Source: Tricharina praecox
Taxonomy: Eukaryota
Length of the DNA stretch: 50,772 nt
Direction: 5' to 3'
NCBI RefSeq assembly: GCF_024521635.1
Contig: NW_026250408.1
Coordinates: 1,488,001 to 1,538,772, forward strand
The notes beneath the pieces are model-generated. The model was given only the letters and a program-made list of their open reading frames with translations. It ran no database searches and was not told where the DNA came from. Shown piece by piece: positions 1-12,608 of this stretch; the stretch's first letter is position 1; each line of letters opens with the position of its first letter. Both the position numbers and the translations under genes were made by a program.

Positions 1-1208
1 GCAGGACCTGATGTCGGATGGCAGCGCAGTCTCCTATTGCGAAGACATCGTCGAGCGGCGCGGGACGTTCGCTGTCGAACGGTGTGGTAAGCACCCGCAG
101 GTGGGTATCCACGCCGATCTGCCCGCTCTTGGGCGTCTTGAGGATCTCCCACTCGCTCGCCTTCGGGTCGTCGGGGTACAGTTTAAACGGCCGTCCGAGC
201 GCCTCCTTGACAAACGGATTCGTCGCGAGCCCGGTGCTCCACACCACAGCGCCGACGGGCACGCGGCCCTCCTCCTCCGTCACCACGGCGTCGGCGAGCA
301 CCTCCAGCACGTGGTGCGACGTCTGGATGCAGATGCCCTGGCGCGCGAACACGCCCTGCGCGTACCGCTGCAGCTTCTTATCGAACATGCCGAGGATAGC
401 GGGAGCGACGTCGAAGACCGTGATCTTCGCAGCCTCCTTAACCAGCCGCGGGTAGATCTTGGCCAGGTCCTCCTGCAGCAGATCGTGCAGTTCCGCCGCG
501 AACTCAATGCCGGTGGGCCCGCCGCCGACGATGGCGAAGTGCAGCAGCTCGCGCGCACGCTCCGGCGAGCACGTGGGCAGGTTCGCGTCCTCGAAGCGCT
601 GCAGGATCCGCCGCCGGATCCGCCGCGCGTCCCCCACGTCCTTCAGGAAGAAGGCGTGCTCCTTAACCCCCGGAATGTTGAACGTCTGCGCGTAGCACCC
701 CACTGCCACCACGAGCTTGTCGTATGGAACGGAGAACGTCTCGATCCCGGACCCGGAGTCCTCGACGGTGCCCGAGACGTGCAGGGATTTGTTGGCTACG
801 TCCACCCCGCTGGCCCACCCGCGTATCACCTCCACCCCCTTCAGCGAATGTGAGCTCTCCATCGCCGTGCGGAACTCGAGCGTGCCCACGGCAGTACCGG
901 CGAGCAAGGGCGTAAAGACGAAGTAGGTGCGAGGTGTGACTATGACGGGCTGGTAGTACTTGGTGTCCAGGCTGCGGGCAAGGCCGAAGCCGCCCCAGCC
1001 ACTGCCGAGGATGAGGATGCGTTCTCGGTCCATGGAGTGTCAGCTATGAACCGGAGAACGACGAGGAGGAGGGAAGGCATCTACCTTTTCTGGCGGCATC
1101 GAGTTCTTGTAGCGACAGATGGCGGCGCTGTACCGTGGAGAGTGCTGGTATCGAGAAGCAGGGCCGTGCGTGCAGCCGTGGTAATCGCGAAAGCTGACGG
1201 GATGACAT
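1..1208 (-). CDS. Type II (alternative) NADH:ubiquinone oxidoreductase, mitochondrial; 3' end lies outside the window
   Basis: Manual minus-strand translation gives ERILILGSGWGGFG (FAD-binding), YFVFTPLLAGTAVGTLE, YDKLVVAVG, FFLKDVGDARRIR, IVGGGPTGIEFAAEL (NADH-binding) and VFAIGDCA. Exon 1 (1208-1085) encodes an Arg/Ser-rich presequence, MSSRQLSRLPRLHARPCFS. The intron starts at 1084 (GTAGAT). Confidence 0.93.
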
Positions 1209-2102
1209 GGTGTTATGGTCAATTGGCGGTGCTGTCTCGTCGAGTTGAGAGGAAGAGTCCGTGGTAATAGTCACGGCCACGTCTCTGACAAAGCTCCGAC
1301 GTCATATCAATCGGACCCACGGCACCGTTAAAGATCGGAACAAGTGAGTAGTAATCCAGCGCTACAACGGCAGGAACCGGGCGTCGGAGCAAACGCCACA
1401 CGGCACGTGGACCGGGATCGGCACCACTAGAGTGATCCTTGCTGCGGATCCCGCTCGCATAATTCCGACTCGTGTGCATGGGGAGTGAGAATACAGCACC
1501 GGTACCAGTACCTGCAAGACGAATGGTATGTAGCGGGGTATCGTAAGCATGAGACGCGGATACGCACAGCTCTGAGCAAAACGGTGGAACCAACATCAGC
1601 ACGTCCCTGCACAGCTGGACATGGATTCTCACTCGCGGGAAGCAGCTAGAAGAAGTCAGTGTTATGCGGTACAGTGGCCTCGGACGACAATAGATTGATG
1701 TTCTCTCTGTGCTGTGCTACCTGTAATGTGCGAAGAGTGCGGGGTGTACATACATTTCATTGTGGACGTGATGCTTGACGTCCGAGAGCTGAGGTTCACA
1801 CGACAGCTTCATCCGACCAAGGCTGCAGCAAGCTTGCTGCAAGCTGTACCGGGACAAAACAATAACACTAGCCAAAACAAAAATATCGCCGCTTCTACTC
1901 CCCTCTCAACCACCGCCAATCCTTCCTCGCCTTCCTCACTTCTCCACTCTCCTTCCAACCTCCATCTCCCCACCTTCCTTTCAACCACCACCTCTCCACT
2001 CGCCATCCAACCACGACTACTGTCCCCAACGCTCATTCTGCAATCACCTAGCACAATCAATCTCCCCTCACAGTCATGTATTCCCAACCCACTCCCCTCA
2101 CC

Positions 2103-2860
2103 ATGAAGATGGTAGCCGACAAGCCTGCGCCTCCCGACACCTCCAAGTTCTACACAGTCTCCGACCTGCAGAAGGGCTTTCCCACTAATGAAGCCGGCTG
2201 CTTCACCCCACTCACCAGCTGGTTCTGCAACCTCTTCACACCCACAGTTCCCGCTATCGAACCCGACTACACCATTGGACCCCGCCAACCGGCCCCAGCG
2301 TCCCCGTCCCCCTTCCCCGAGTGGACCCCACAGGAGCTCGAGACCCTGATCACCCGCTGGACGTGCACCTACCCAGGTACCTTCCCTCTCCCGCTTCCCT
2401 CCGTCTTACTCCACTAACCATCTCAGGCCCACACACGCACCCTCAGAACGTCGGCATCTCGAGCCTGATCTCGTTAGTGGACAGCAACTCCGCAACCATC
2501 ACCGACGCGGCGAACCTTCACTCGTCACTGATCCACCGCCTGCGAATGGACCACCACATCGAGCTTCTAGCGCGGGACCTCGGCCTTCTATGGGAGGAGC
2601 TCGACGTGCCCGCCATCGAGGACTTCGAGCCGCCGCCCACGTGCCCGATGACGACCGAGGCGCGGCGCCTCCTCCTCCAGTGCAAGGGCGAGTGGAAGGA
2701 GCGCGTCATGCCACTCCCTGACGTTGGCGTCCGCATGCGCTACAGGAAACCGAAGTACTGGATCGTCTCGCTCATGGCCAAGGCGGGGTGGTCGCCAGAG
2801 GTCGTCGATGTTTGCATGACTGCTTGGTTTGAGGAGAGGGGTGGGGAGCTGTTTGAGTAA
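2103..2860 (+). CDS. Hypothetical protein, 2 exons
   Basis: ATG at 2103. A phase-1 intron at 2377-2426 (GTACCT...CTAAC...CTCAG) joins ORFs 2076..2417 and 2321..2860 in frame. Coding-like GC-rich codon usage; no recognisable domain. Confidence 0.7.
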
Positions 2861-3307
2861 CTACTTAGGTACCGGACTACTGTGTACATTGCTGGGATAT
2901 AAGGTATCTGGATGAGGATTTGCTGCGGACGGATAGGATTCCATGAAATTACCTAGCATAGTACTGGCTGGTTAGAATAATAAGGGAATAACAAGGGAAT
3001 GAGCAAAGTTGAGAGTTGAGAGTTGAAGCGTGATATGTGCTGACTGTAGTACTGATGCTTGACTGTGATGTGTAGGTAGAGTAGCCTGGGGTAGCCTGTG
3101 TCATCTCCAGCGTAACAACCACTCTCCACACACCACGAATCAAAGCCATCATTGTAGAGCATTGCTACATTATACTCGAGTAAAACAGAATATGTCTTCA
3201 TTCATGATCATCATAACCCACTCAGCACCAAAACTCATCAAAAAAATACAAAAGTACACCAAAAATACAACAAATACACCATTCGTATCATGTAATAAGT
3301 ATAAAGA

Positions 3308-6300
3308 CTATAACGAAATCACCCCCAACCCCGCCACCAGTCCAACGAGCAAACACGCCCCCGCCACCTTCCTCCTCCCTTTCCTCTCTCTTCCATCACC
3401 ACCAATCCCATCCCTCCCACCACCCCCACCACCACCACCAGAATCAAACACCCCCAACACCACCACCGCGGGCGCGGCAAGGGCAAGTATCCACACGAAC
3501 GCGCGCAGGAAAAAGCCGAGCCAGCTCATACTTGTCGCCTCGACTGCGGCGGCAGCGGCGGCGGCTGAGGCCGCAGCGACGGCTGGCGCAGTGATTATCG
3601 TTGGTGGTGCGGAGGGGTACAGGAGTGGCGCGATTAGGATTGCGAGGATCGTGGTGAGCTGGAGTAGTGTGGGGCTTTGGGGGAGGCGGGTTGTGAGCGG
3701 TTGGGCTGCAGCGGGGGCGGGGGTTGCAGGGGTTGTGGGGAGGGGTGAGGGTTCGGGTGGGGGGAGGTGGGAGGTTTTGGCTGGGGAGAGAGGAGGAGGG
3801 GGAGGAGCAATGGCCAGAGTGGCAGGAGTGGGTGCAGGTGCAGGAACGTGAACTGTCACGGAATCGGGCGGGGAAGGCGGCTTGGGCAGGCGCCCGAGCG
3901 CCATCAGATCGTTTCCGTCGTCGAGGAAGTGCGCCTCCTTCGCAGCTACGGGATGGCACTCCCTTAGCCAGCCCCGAAACTCGGCCACGTCGTCTTCCTC
4001 GGCAGCGGGGATGGTGAGAGTATTCTGGTATGCTTTTACCGCCTCATCTAATTCATCCGTCAGCAATCATCACACACACAACGCATCGGGGTGTAGAATC
4101 TAAATCGACTTACTATACTGCCCCAACTTCCAGGCAATAGCACCCAGCATCTGCAATCGCTGCTCTTCCCGTGGCGTTGTCATCAGTCTTCGGCGATTAC
4201 GCAGGTTGGCTTCCGGCTCGGCTTCGAGCTTGTCCAACATTGCCGACATCTCGCTGATTTCGTCCTGCATGTGCAGGAGAATGCGGTGGTTGAGTGCCGT
4301 GAAGCGCCGGTATACTTGTCGCCCCGGGCAGGTGGCCATGGTCTTGGCGAGAAGCGGGTAGCCTGTGTCGAGCGGTGATGGGTTCTCGGGGATGAAGACA
4401 GTGGCTTGAGTTGGTGCTGAAGGAGCTGATGGAGTTGATGGAGCTGGAAGAAATGATGGAGCTGGAAGAACTGATGGAGCTGGAAGAACTGATGGAGCTG
4501 ATGGAGCCGGAAGAGCTGATGGAGCCGGAAGAGCTGGTAGAGCTGGTGGAAGTGGCGGTGGTAATGGCCAGACTTCAACCGGCGGCATCTGTTCCGCTGC
4601 TGGTTGCTCGGCAACTACTGAACAAACTTCTGCTGCCAGTAATTCCTCTTCTTCCGATTCCGAGCAGATAGCTACGCCATCTGACTCCGATACTGCCGGG
4701 CCAGGATCAGAGATGTGTTCCGGTAAGGCTACTTTCGCTGGCGAAGATGTGACGTCGGACTCGGCTTCATCCGGTTCGTCCTCATCGACCCATTCATTCT
4801 CTGGCTCGTTCTCCCCAGGCTGCTTGGTCTCGGGTTCCTTCTCGGGCTGGCTGAACTCGGGTTCATCATCCTCTGACATCTCAGTCTCAGGTGGCTTATC
4901 CTCTGGCTGCTGGATCTCGGGCTCCCCATCCTTTGGGAGGTTAACCTCGGGTTCCAGCCTAATCGGTTCGGGCTGCTTGATCTCAGGCCCCTTCACCTCA
5001 AGCTCTATCTCTGGCGCCTTCTTTTCCATCCGCTCGATCTGCAACTGAATCTGCCTCTGTTCCTCTTGCTGCCTAACCCTTAGCATCCCCGCCTTCTCCC
5101 GTTCCTCCTCCTCCTCCCTCTCCCTCTCCTTTTCCCTCGCGAGTTCAATCCCTAACCCATCCACGACCGCCCTCTCCTCAGCGGGACTCCCACTCCTAGT
5201 AGTCCACCCACTCGCGCTCCCATCCGTAGCGAACTCCTCACTCTCTTCGGTCGCCGTCTCCTCTCCACGGACCTTAACCATCGCGTCGCCTTCGCCATAG
5301 TACTCCCTATTCAGCCCACCCGCGGGCTTCCTCTTCCTGCGCCTGCCGGAGCGCTCCGGCGCCGGCACCAGCTCCGACGGCGGCGTCATGTACATGAACG
5401 GATCCGGGTGGTCGAGGTCATGGCTCGGGCCGGGGAGGGAGTAGGCGGGGTATGCATTATACAAGTCGTACGGATCGTAGGGGGGATACGCATGAGCACC
5501 CTGGAGAGGCGGGGGAGGCAGTGGGGGGGTAGGAGCATAGCCGTAGCTCTGCTCGGGGAAATACGAGGGGACGGGCGGCGGCGGGTACGGGTTCGCGCTT
5601 GCGCTGCGACTGTGGTGTTTTCCGCGCGGCGTGGGCGCGTCGTCTTCGATGTAGGGCGTGGGGGTCTGCGAGAATGATAGTGGGCGCTTCGAGCGCGGGC
5701 GCGCGTTGCTCTGGAATGATGACTGCAGCGGGAAGTAGGGGCCTATTCCGGCCGCGTAGTCGGCCGCCGCCGAGTGAGGCGCAATGTAGCTGCGCCGCGG
5801 GGAGGCGTTGCGCTGCGACTTGTTGGGTTGCGCTTGGATCAAGGGGGATTCGGTTAGGTTGGTGGCGAGGATTAGGGCTGGGGTCGAGGCGTGTGAGCGC
5901 TTGGAGAGGTCCGGGGGGTTGGGTGGTGCCGTGGTTATCTCGGAGATGCTGGGCGACGGCGGGCGTGGGGGCGGGTCGGATATTCTGGGGAGCTGTGGTG
6001 GTGTCGAGGAGAGGCGTGTGGGTGGCGGTGTGGGGGCTGAGCGAGATGGTGGTCGTGATGGCCGCGATGGTGGTGGTGGTGATGCTGCTGGCGCCGAGTC
6101 GGAGATTCTGGGGGTTGGATCCGAGATCCGGGGTGGTGTGGATTGGCGCTTGGGCTCGGTGTTGAGTGAGGTGAGTGTGGGCGCTGTCGCAGCACTGGGT
6201 GAGCGGCGAACCGTCACGATGCTGCTGCCGGCAATGGAGGGACTGGTGGTTTGGCTGCGGTAGAGGATCGGGGCTTGCGATTGCTGGGCTTGGTGAAGTT

Positions 6301-7581
6301 GCTGGACTGCATGGAGGATTGGCATCGCGTGTGGTGTCACAACTGCTAGCTCCACTGGCTCGGGCTTTTGCTTCCTCTCCTCGATGGGGGATGCGGGCAT
6401 GGATTTTCGCCCTGGTTTGGGAGCGAGAATGCCGTTGCCGTTGGTGATGGTCGGGCCGGAGATTGGAGTTGACGCCTTGGGCACGGCTACAGACGTCGGA
6501 GTCTTGTTCGTGATGGAAGGCTTCACGATGTCTGGCGGCGACTGGGGCGGAGTGTCCGAAGTATCGGTATCTCGTCGGGCATATTCCGGAGGCGGGGTTG
6601 CCTGCTGGCGCCCACTCCTTGCGGACCGAGGAGGCGAAGGAGGTGCCGCGGGCACGGTGCGCTGCTGCGGCGATACCGATGTCTCTCGTCGTTTGGGCTC
6701 GGTATAGGCGGACGGAGACGGGGCGGCAGGTATCTCCATGGATGCGGGACGACTGGCACGGTAGCTGCTGGGCGGTGACTCGCGGAGTCGGATACCGCCA
6801 TGTGGGCTATCATCCGCGGCCATGATGGAAATTCCCGAGCTTTCTCTCTTGCGCTCTGCAGAGCCCGTCAGCATTCATTCATTCATCTCGGATGGTGAAG
6901 ACATACCGTTCTTGGCCCGTTCCTTCTCCATCTTGCTCAGCTGCTTCTTCTGCCGCTTCTCCTCTCGCCGCTCCTCGCGAGCCCTCTCCTTCTCGCGCTC
7001 CTCCCTGTTCTTGGCCTCACGTTCTCTCTCCATCCTCTCGCGTTCTCGCTCCCGCTCCCTCTCGGCTCTTTCTCGATGCCGCCGCTCCTTCCTCAATGTC
7101 GCCGCCGAAATCTCCTCGGAAGTACCGCCGTTCTCCCAGATGAACAGGTCACGATCACTCGACCTAGCCGTGCCAGCACTAAGCCGTCTAATGTTTGCGC
7201 CGACGGCCTCGCGGGCGATGCTATGCTCCCTGCTGCCCGCCGTCGTCGTCGACCTTCTCTTGATCTGCTTGCTGCCGCTGCCGCTGCGAAATCTGCCACC
7301 GACGCCAGTGGTGTCCGAGTCGTCGTCGTCGGAGCCGTTCTCGCCGCGCAGAGTGTCGTGGGGCGAGGCGGGCGGTATCGAGTTGGCGGGAACGGACTTG
7401 CTGTGGCTGTGGTGGTGGTGGCCGCTCAGGTGCTGGTACCGGGCGGCTGCGGTCGTTGTCGCCTGCGACGCGTACTGGTATAGGGACTCGCGGGAGCGGT
7501 CGGCCTGTTTGTTGCCGATGCAAACGGTCAGTTGGTCTGCTGGTCGGGTTTCTACTCGGGATGCGGGTTGGTGGTCACCAT
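3308..7581 (-). CDS. Large Pro/Ser-rich, low-complexity protein with a C-terminal DUF6594-like domain and transmembrane helices
   Basis: GYPLLAKTMA...VYRRFTALNHRILLHMQDEI...KLGQY/NEA...EAHFLDDGNDLMAL matches the fungal DUF6594 pattern, followed by hydrophobic C-terminal segments. Introns at about 4049-4113 and 6861-6906 join ORFs 3308..4066, 4100..6874 and the frame of 6875..7096. The 5' end (an ATG-only exon at 7581 spliced to ADRSRESLYQY) is tentative. Confidence 0.75.
4420..4548 (-). repeat. Coding minisatellite with 9/18-bp units encoding (LPAPSx)n
   Basis: Repeated ggagctggaagaactgat-like units; the protein reads ALPAPSALPAPSAPSVLPAPSVLPAPSFLPAPS. Confidence 0.85.
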
Positions 7582-9990
7582 GGTTTTCTTTTCCTCAGGT
7601 ATGTGTGTATATGTCTATGAGGTATGTACCTAATGTATGTAGGCAGAGGTAGGTACGTATGCGAGGGGATATATCCTCTCCTGCACGAACGGGCGGAAAG
7701 CTGCTGGTTTGTTGATGTCGTGGACAAACAATGTGTGCCGGTCTCAGATGCAGCTGCTATGTATGGCCTTTCTTCTTTCGTTCTTTCTCTCGATCTCTGC
7801 ACGGGCGTATGCTGCCTGACGATTCGCTACCTGTGCCGGCCGGGGGATGAATGGTTGCGAGAGGAAGGAGAAGAGTAGGAGGAGGACTGCGGATGGCCGT
7901 TATGTTCTGTCCGTTGTTGTTGTATGGATGTGAGTATCCCCGTCCCTTCGCTTTCACAAGCTAAGCTGGCGGCCGTGATCGATCCCGCAAATGCAAACAC
8001 CCACTTTGCTATCCGTACGTATAGTGGCATGTACATACACACACGCAAATATCCCACCATGCAGTCCCGGGGGGTCACACCCACTCGTTTTGTGCTATTT
8101 CTCTGCCCTTCGATTCGCTGCCCTTCTCAAATCACCAAATGGTCACCCACACGCATTTCTAAAGATACTCGGGCCCTATCCCTCCCTCTGTTCCGGAAAC
8201 GGCAATTAGCCTCCCCCACAACAACTTCAAACGTCTGCCAAATTCACCGTAAAGTGCCTAGGGTAACTACCTGCTGGGGTATCACGTCAGGAGTTTCACC
8301 ACCGTCATGCAAAACCAAAAAAACCTCGCGATCCTGATCCTGGCCCGGCCGTCAGGCTTATCGTCCACTCGTCTGTCTCAAACGCTCAGGTCGCCACCTC
8401 CACACAATTGACGTACTCTAGAGTAAGTAGGTACCGGCACGCTACACGGCGATCCGGAAACCTCGACCTCTGATCTCGACCTCTGATCACCCCAGGCGCC
8501 CTCGCGTCGTTGTCCTCGTCGCTGTCGTTGTCGTCGAGACTCGAAATGCTGAACTTGGTCTCTTCCAGCTCGGGTGCTCTCCCCCCGACGACACCCCCGA
8601 AAATAGCGGGCCAATCAGGATTTCCTTCCATCTCGCGATTTCCCCTTTTCGTTCCTTTTGTTGTTCCGTCTGCTTTCGTCCGGTGACGTACAAGAGAATT
8701 AATTCTCTTCCTTTTCCTTTTCTTTTCCTTCTTTTTCTTTCTTTTCTGTCCGCATAGCTAGCCTGCTCAAGCCTCGCGCTGATTCGTCCATACCGGCAAT
8801 AATTAACACCCCACTCTATCCGAAGCGACCACGCAAACTCAGGATTGGACGAAATTTGTTCCCAAGGACCGCCATGATTGGTGGATCTGCCCGGATGTTG
8901 GTGTTTGAGAAATCGAGACGCACTCTACCCACCGCACCCCTTCTCTCGTCTTGTCTTGTCCCTTCCCCCCGCCCCCATCCACCCCCAGGACGGGACCCAG
9001 GTCGCTACGGATACGGATACACAGAAGTTTCACATTCTTCCTGCACTTCGCATTCCAGCGCTGACTAGAGCTGAGATCGCTGGAGCTGAACTGAACTGAC
9101 TGGTGGGTGGTGGAATACGGCATGTAGTCGAGAGACGTCGTTGCATATCTTCCCACCTTACATACTTCATACCATATTCTGGAGTCTGGACGGGACCAAG
9201 CTCTTCCCCACACCCGAATTAACAGTCAACAGTGAATACTGGCCACCTGAAAAGGTCATGCAAACGCACCCCTAACCTGCTCCTCCGGGGGAGGGATGTC
9301 GTCTGACACTTCTCTGCGAGCGTGCGAGCGGATGTGCGCCGATCTTTCGGGTACGCGTGGCGATAAGAGGGAGGGATTCAACGGATTCAACGGATTCAAG
9401 GGATTCGAGGAGACGGTGGGGAGGGGGGGAGGGAGGGACGGGGAGTGCTGCAGGTCCGGAGTGGTCGATAGTTCTCTACTCTTCAAGAGTGGAGTGGGAT
9501 GGGGGAAGGGGGAAGGGGGAAGTGCAAAGTGCAGTGGAGTGCAGTCAGCCGCAGAGTAGATATGATGTAGAGTAGAGTGACAGGTATAGGGCGGTGCCTG
9601 GCAAACTGGCCGAGGCGAGACTCCAGATACTACTCTACATACAGGTACTATACGGTATCTCACACCACATGATTTACATGATTTACATGATTTGCAGGAT
9701 ATGTACCGGTATTACCGCTACAATGTGTGTAGCGCAGGGCCGCAGACTGCGCAGCGGCATGTGGAGTAATACCACATAGTACTCTACCTACATGTTTAGT
9801 CATGGAGAGGGGAGAAGCAGGTACCACTGCAACGACCACTGTATAGTATCATACCAGGTACCACGGCCCGCGGCGCTTGCGGTACGTACTCTACGGGGGA
9901 TCGACCGTGGGATAGAGTGCAACGGAGTAACTACCTGTAACCTGTAACCTGTGTCGAAAGGTGTCGTGTCGTCTTGTATCGTATCGCCTT

Positions 9991-10030
9991 GTATCGTATC
10001 GTATCGTATCGTATCGTATCGTATCGTATC
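9991..10030. repeat. (GTATC)8 microsatellite
   Basis: Perfect pentanucleotide tandem repeat read directly from the sequence. Confidence 0.9.
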
Positions 10031-10793
10031 GCGTCGTAACTGTCATATTCAGATTCCAGGTAGAGTACACAGAGTAAAAGGAAAGGGGTAGTTGTTACAG
10101 CCGAACCGTACTACACCAAACCCGCTGAAAGCCTGGAAGCCTGTGAGCCTGGAACTACGTAGAAGCCTGGAATACCGGTACCGCTATGTGCCGGTACCGA
10201 CCCCTTGGACTGGGCGGGCGCCTGGCGGCTTTGGGACTTGTCACTTGTGTGCCCACTTCCCAGGCCCAGGCCCCATCGACGGTTACGGGGAGCTGGGAAT
10301 TCGAATTTTGGATCTTGGAGGTGGATACTGGAGGTGAGGTGAGGTGAGGTGAGGGGAGGGGACCTAGGGGAGGGAATGGAGGGGCGAACGGAGGGGGAAT
10401 ATGAAAAGAAAAAACCGAGTAACCACACCCGACGCTGGTATCCGCGAACGGACGTCGACTCCTCGACTCCTTGAGGGTTGTATGTAAATAGCGTATTTGG
10501 TGCTCTATCTGCGTTTGCGCTTCGGGGAACGAAGGAGTTACGTAGGATTCTGCGAGAGCTGAGGTGTTGACGTAAGAGCTTAGGGGCGGATACCTACCGT
10601 AATCGTGCACTGCCGCCCCCTCTTCCCCTCACAAAATCACTCGTATCTCGAGTGATAGCCTATGATTATGATCGTAATCGTTATTTCAATATTTATTTAT
10701 TCACCATGTATTAACGGTGCATCAAAGTTCAAAGTTCATAATTCATCAACCCATCCATCCATCCATATTTACATGCAGCAGACAACTGCCAGC

Positions 10794-12608
10794 TTACACC
10801 ATGTGCTCGTCGACCACGCGCTTTTTGGCCAGCACCTTGACGCGGCCCACCAGGTGCCCAACAAAGTGGTCGACCATCTCCATGTCCTTCTCCGTGGTCT
10901 CGAATAGCTCGAGCTCGAAGCGCCCGAAAAGGTTGCCGATCACGAGCTGGATCTCGGCGTATGCGAGACTATTGTTTTTTCCCGCGTTAGTAGCTTTCCT
11001 TTGATGTGGGAGTAGGAGGAAAAGAAGGAAGACTTACTTAATTCCAATACACCCTCTGTCACCCTTATTGAACGAGAGCAACCACCTGTCGAGCTCGCGC
11101 CCGCTCTGTCCCATCCACCGCTCGGGCAGGAACTCATCAGGCTGGGTAAAGATGCGCGGGTCGCGGTGGAGCAGGTCGATGTGGAAGGCGATCGAGGTGC
11201 CCTCTGGCAGGAACGTGGCTCTTCCGGGTTTCGAGGCCGAGATAGTCAGTCCGCCCGAGGGGACCACGCGCGGCCAACGCGCTGGCGTCGGCGTGTTGAA
11301 GCGGAGGGTTTCCTTGATGAAGGCGGTCTATGGGGAGGGGCGTGTTAGCGAAAAAAATGTTTCGGGGTGAAAACAGGGGGACACGTACGAGGTACGGGAG
11401 TTCTTCGAGCTGTTTCAGCGGCAGCAGTCCGTTCGTGTCCCTGCGGACAGTTGACAGCTCGTCGAGAAGCGTTTCGCGGACTTCGGTGCGAGTGAGGATG
11501 TTCCATACGCAGCATTGTAGCACGGTAGCACTGGTATCCGTGCCGGCAGTGACCATGGATATCGACTCGCTGACGAGCTCTTCGACGGATGGGCGCTGCG
11601 CCTTGGACGAAACGGGGTTCAGCAGCGCGTCGTAGATGGTCTCGGGTCGCTCCTTGGGTGGAATGCCGGCGGCTTTGGATTTGGCGTCCTGGTCGATCGC
11701 GAGTTTGACGCAGCGGTTGCATTCCTTGGGTATCGTTAGTGACGAGGAGTTATGGGGAGGGAAGAGCCATGTAATTACCTGAAGGAGCTTGACGAACACC
11801 AACGGCGTGAGTGAAGGGAAAATATTCCCCAGTGTTTCCATAATTCCAAGGACCTTGGGGAAATGAATTCTAGCCTGGAGCATTCCCGTAAAAGAGAGCA
11901 CACCCTCAACCCACTCGCCAGTAAAGTCCTTCTCATCGAGCATTCCCCAAGGGGTACCGAACGTGAATGTGCTGATGATGTCGACGGTCACGCAGTAGAA
12001 GGCGTTGGACAGGGGCACGGGCCGGCTATCTTCGCAGAATGTGTCGAGGAGTCCACAGAACTTTTGGACTACACCTTCCATGATGGCACTGGCCTCGGTG
12101 ATGCGGCGCTTGGAGAACATGGGGTTGAGGATGCTGCGGCGGGCACGGTGGACGTGTGGGTTGATGGTTCCGAAGGCTGCGGTGGGCACGCCGATGCAAT
12201 CGTAGAAGGAAGGGTCTTTGATGTATTGTGTTTGCATGGAGTGCACACTGGAGACGAACGTCAAAACACTGTTCGTTTGGGAGCCACTGGAGAGGGAAGA
12301 GTGGATGGTACCCACCGATGGAACAACTCGGGATCGCCATGAATCTGCACTTCCGTCGGACTGATCCTCACCACCGGTCCGTATTGTGCGTGCAGCTGCG
12401 GCATCTTATCGCGCAGGAAAGTGCCATTCCTATAAACATCCCAATATGCGACGTAAAGATTCGATACAGCAGCGAGCTTGGGTCCCGGAACGGACGACAG
12501 AGGGTGGAACCATATCCGTCTGACGACAATGAAGGAGATGTAGAAGAAGAGCGATGAGATGGCAAACCGCCAATCCAGCAGGGAGAGGAGGTAGGTGGTT
12601 ATGATCAT
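10794..12608 (-). CDS. Cytochrome P450 monooxygenase, 5 exons
   Basis: N-terminal anchor followed by HPLSSVPGPKLAA, YGPVVRISPTEVQI, I-helix AGTDTS, ExxR (ETLR), PERW and heme motif FNKGDRGCIG. Introns at about 12315-12248, 11778-11725, 11389-11328 and 11038-10969. TAA at 10796-10794. An alternative ATG lies at 12641. Confidence 0.93.

Noticed and set aside
11..853. 280-aa plus-strand ORF
   Set aside because: Antisense shadow of the GC-rich NADH dehydrogenase gene on the minus strand.
3162..7652. Several long plus-strand ORFs (e.g. 3162..3851, 6822..7652)
   Set aside because: Antisense shadows of the low-complexity DUF6594-type gene.
8386..8631. 81-aa minus-strand ORF with an acidic stretch
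   Set aside because: No domain and no supporting splice structure; could be a uORF or noise.
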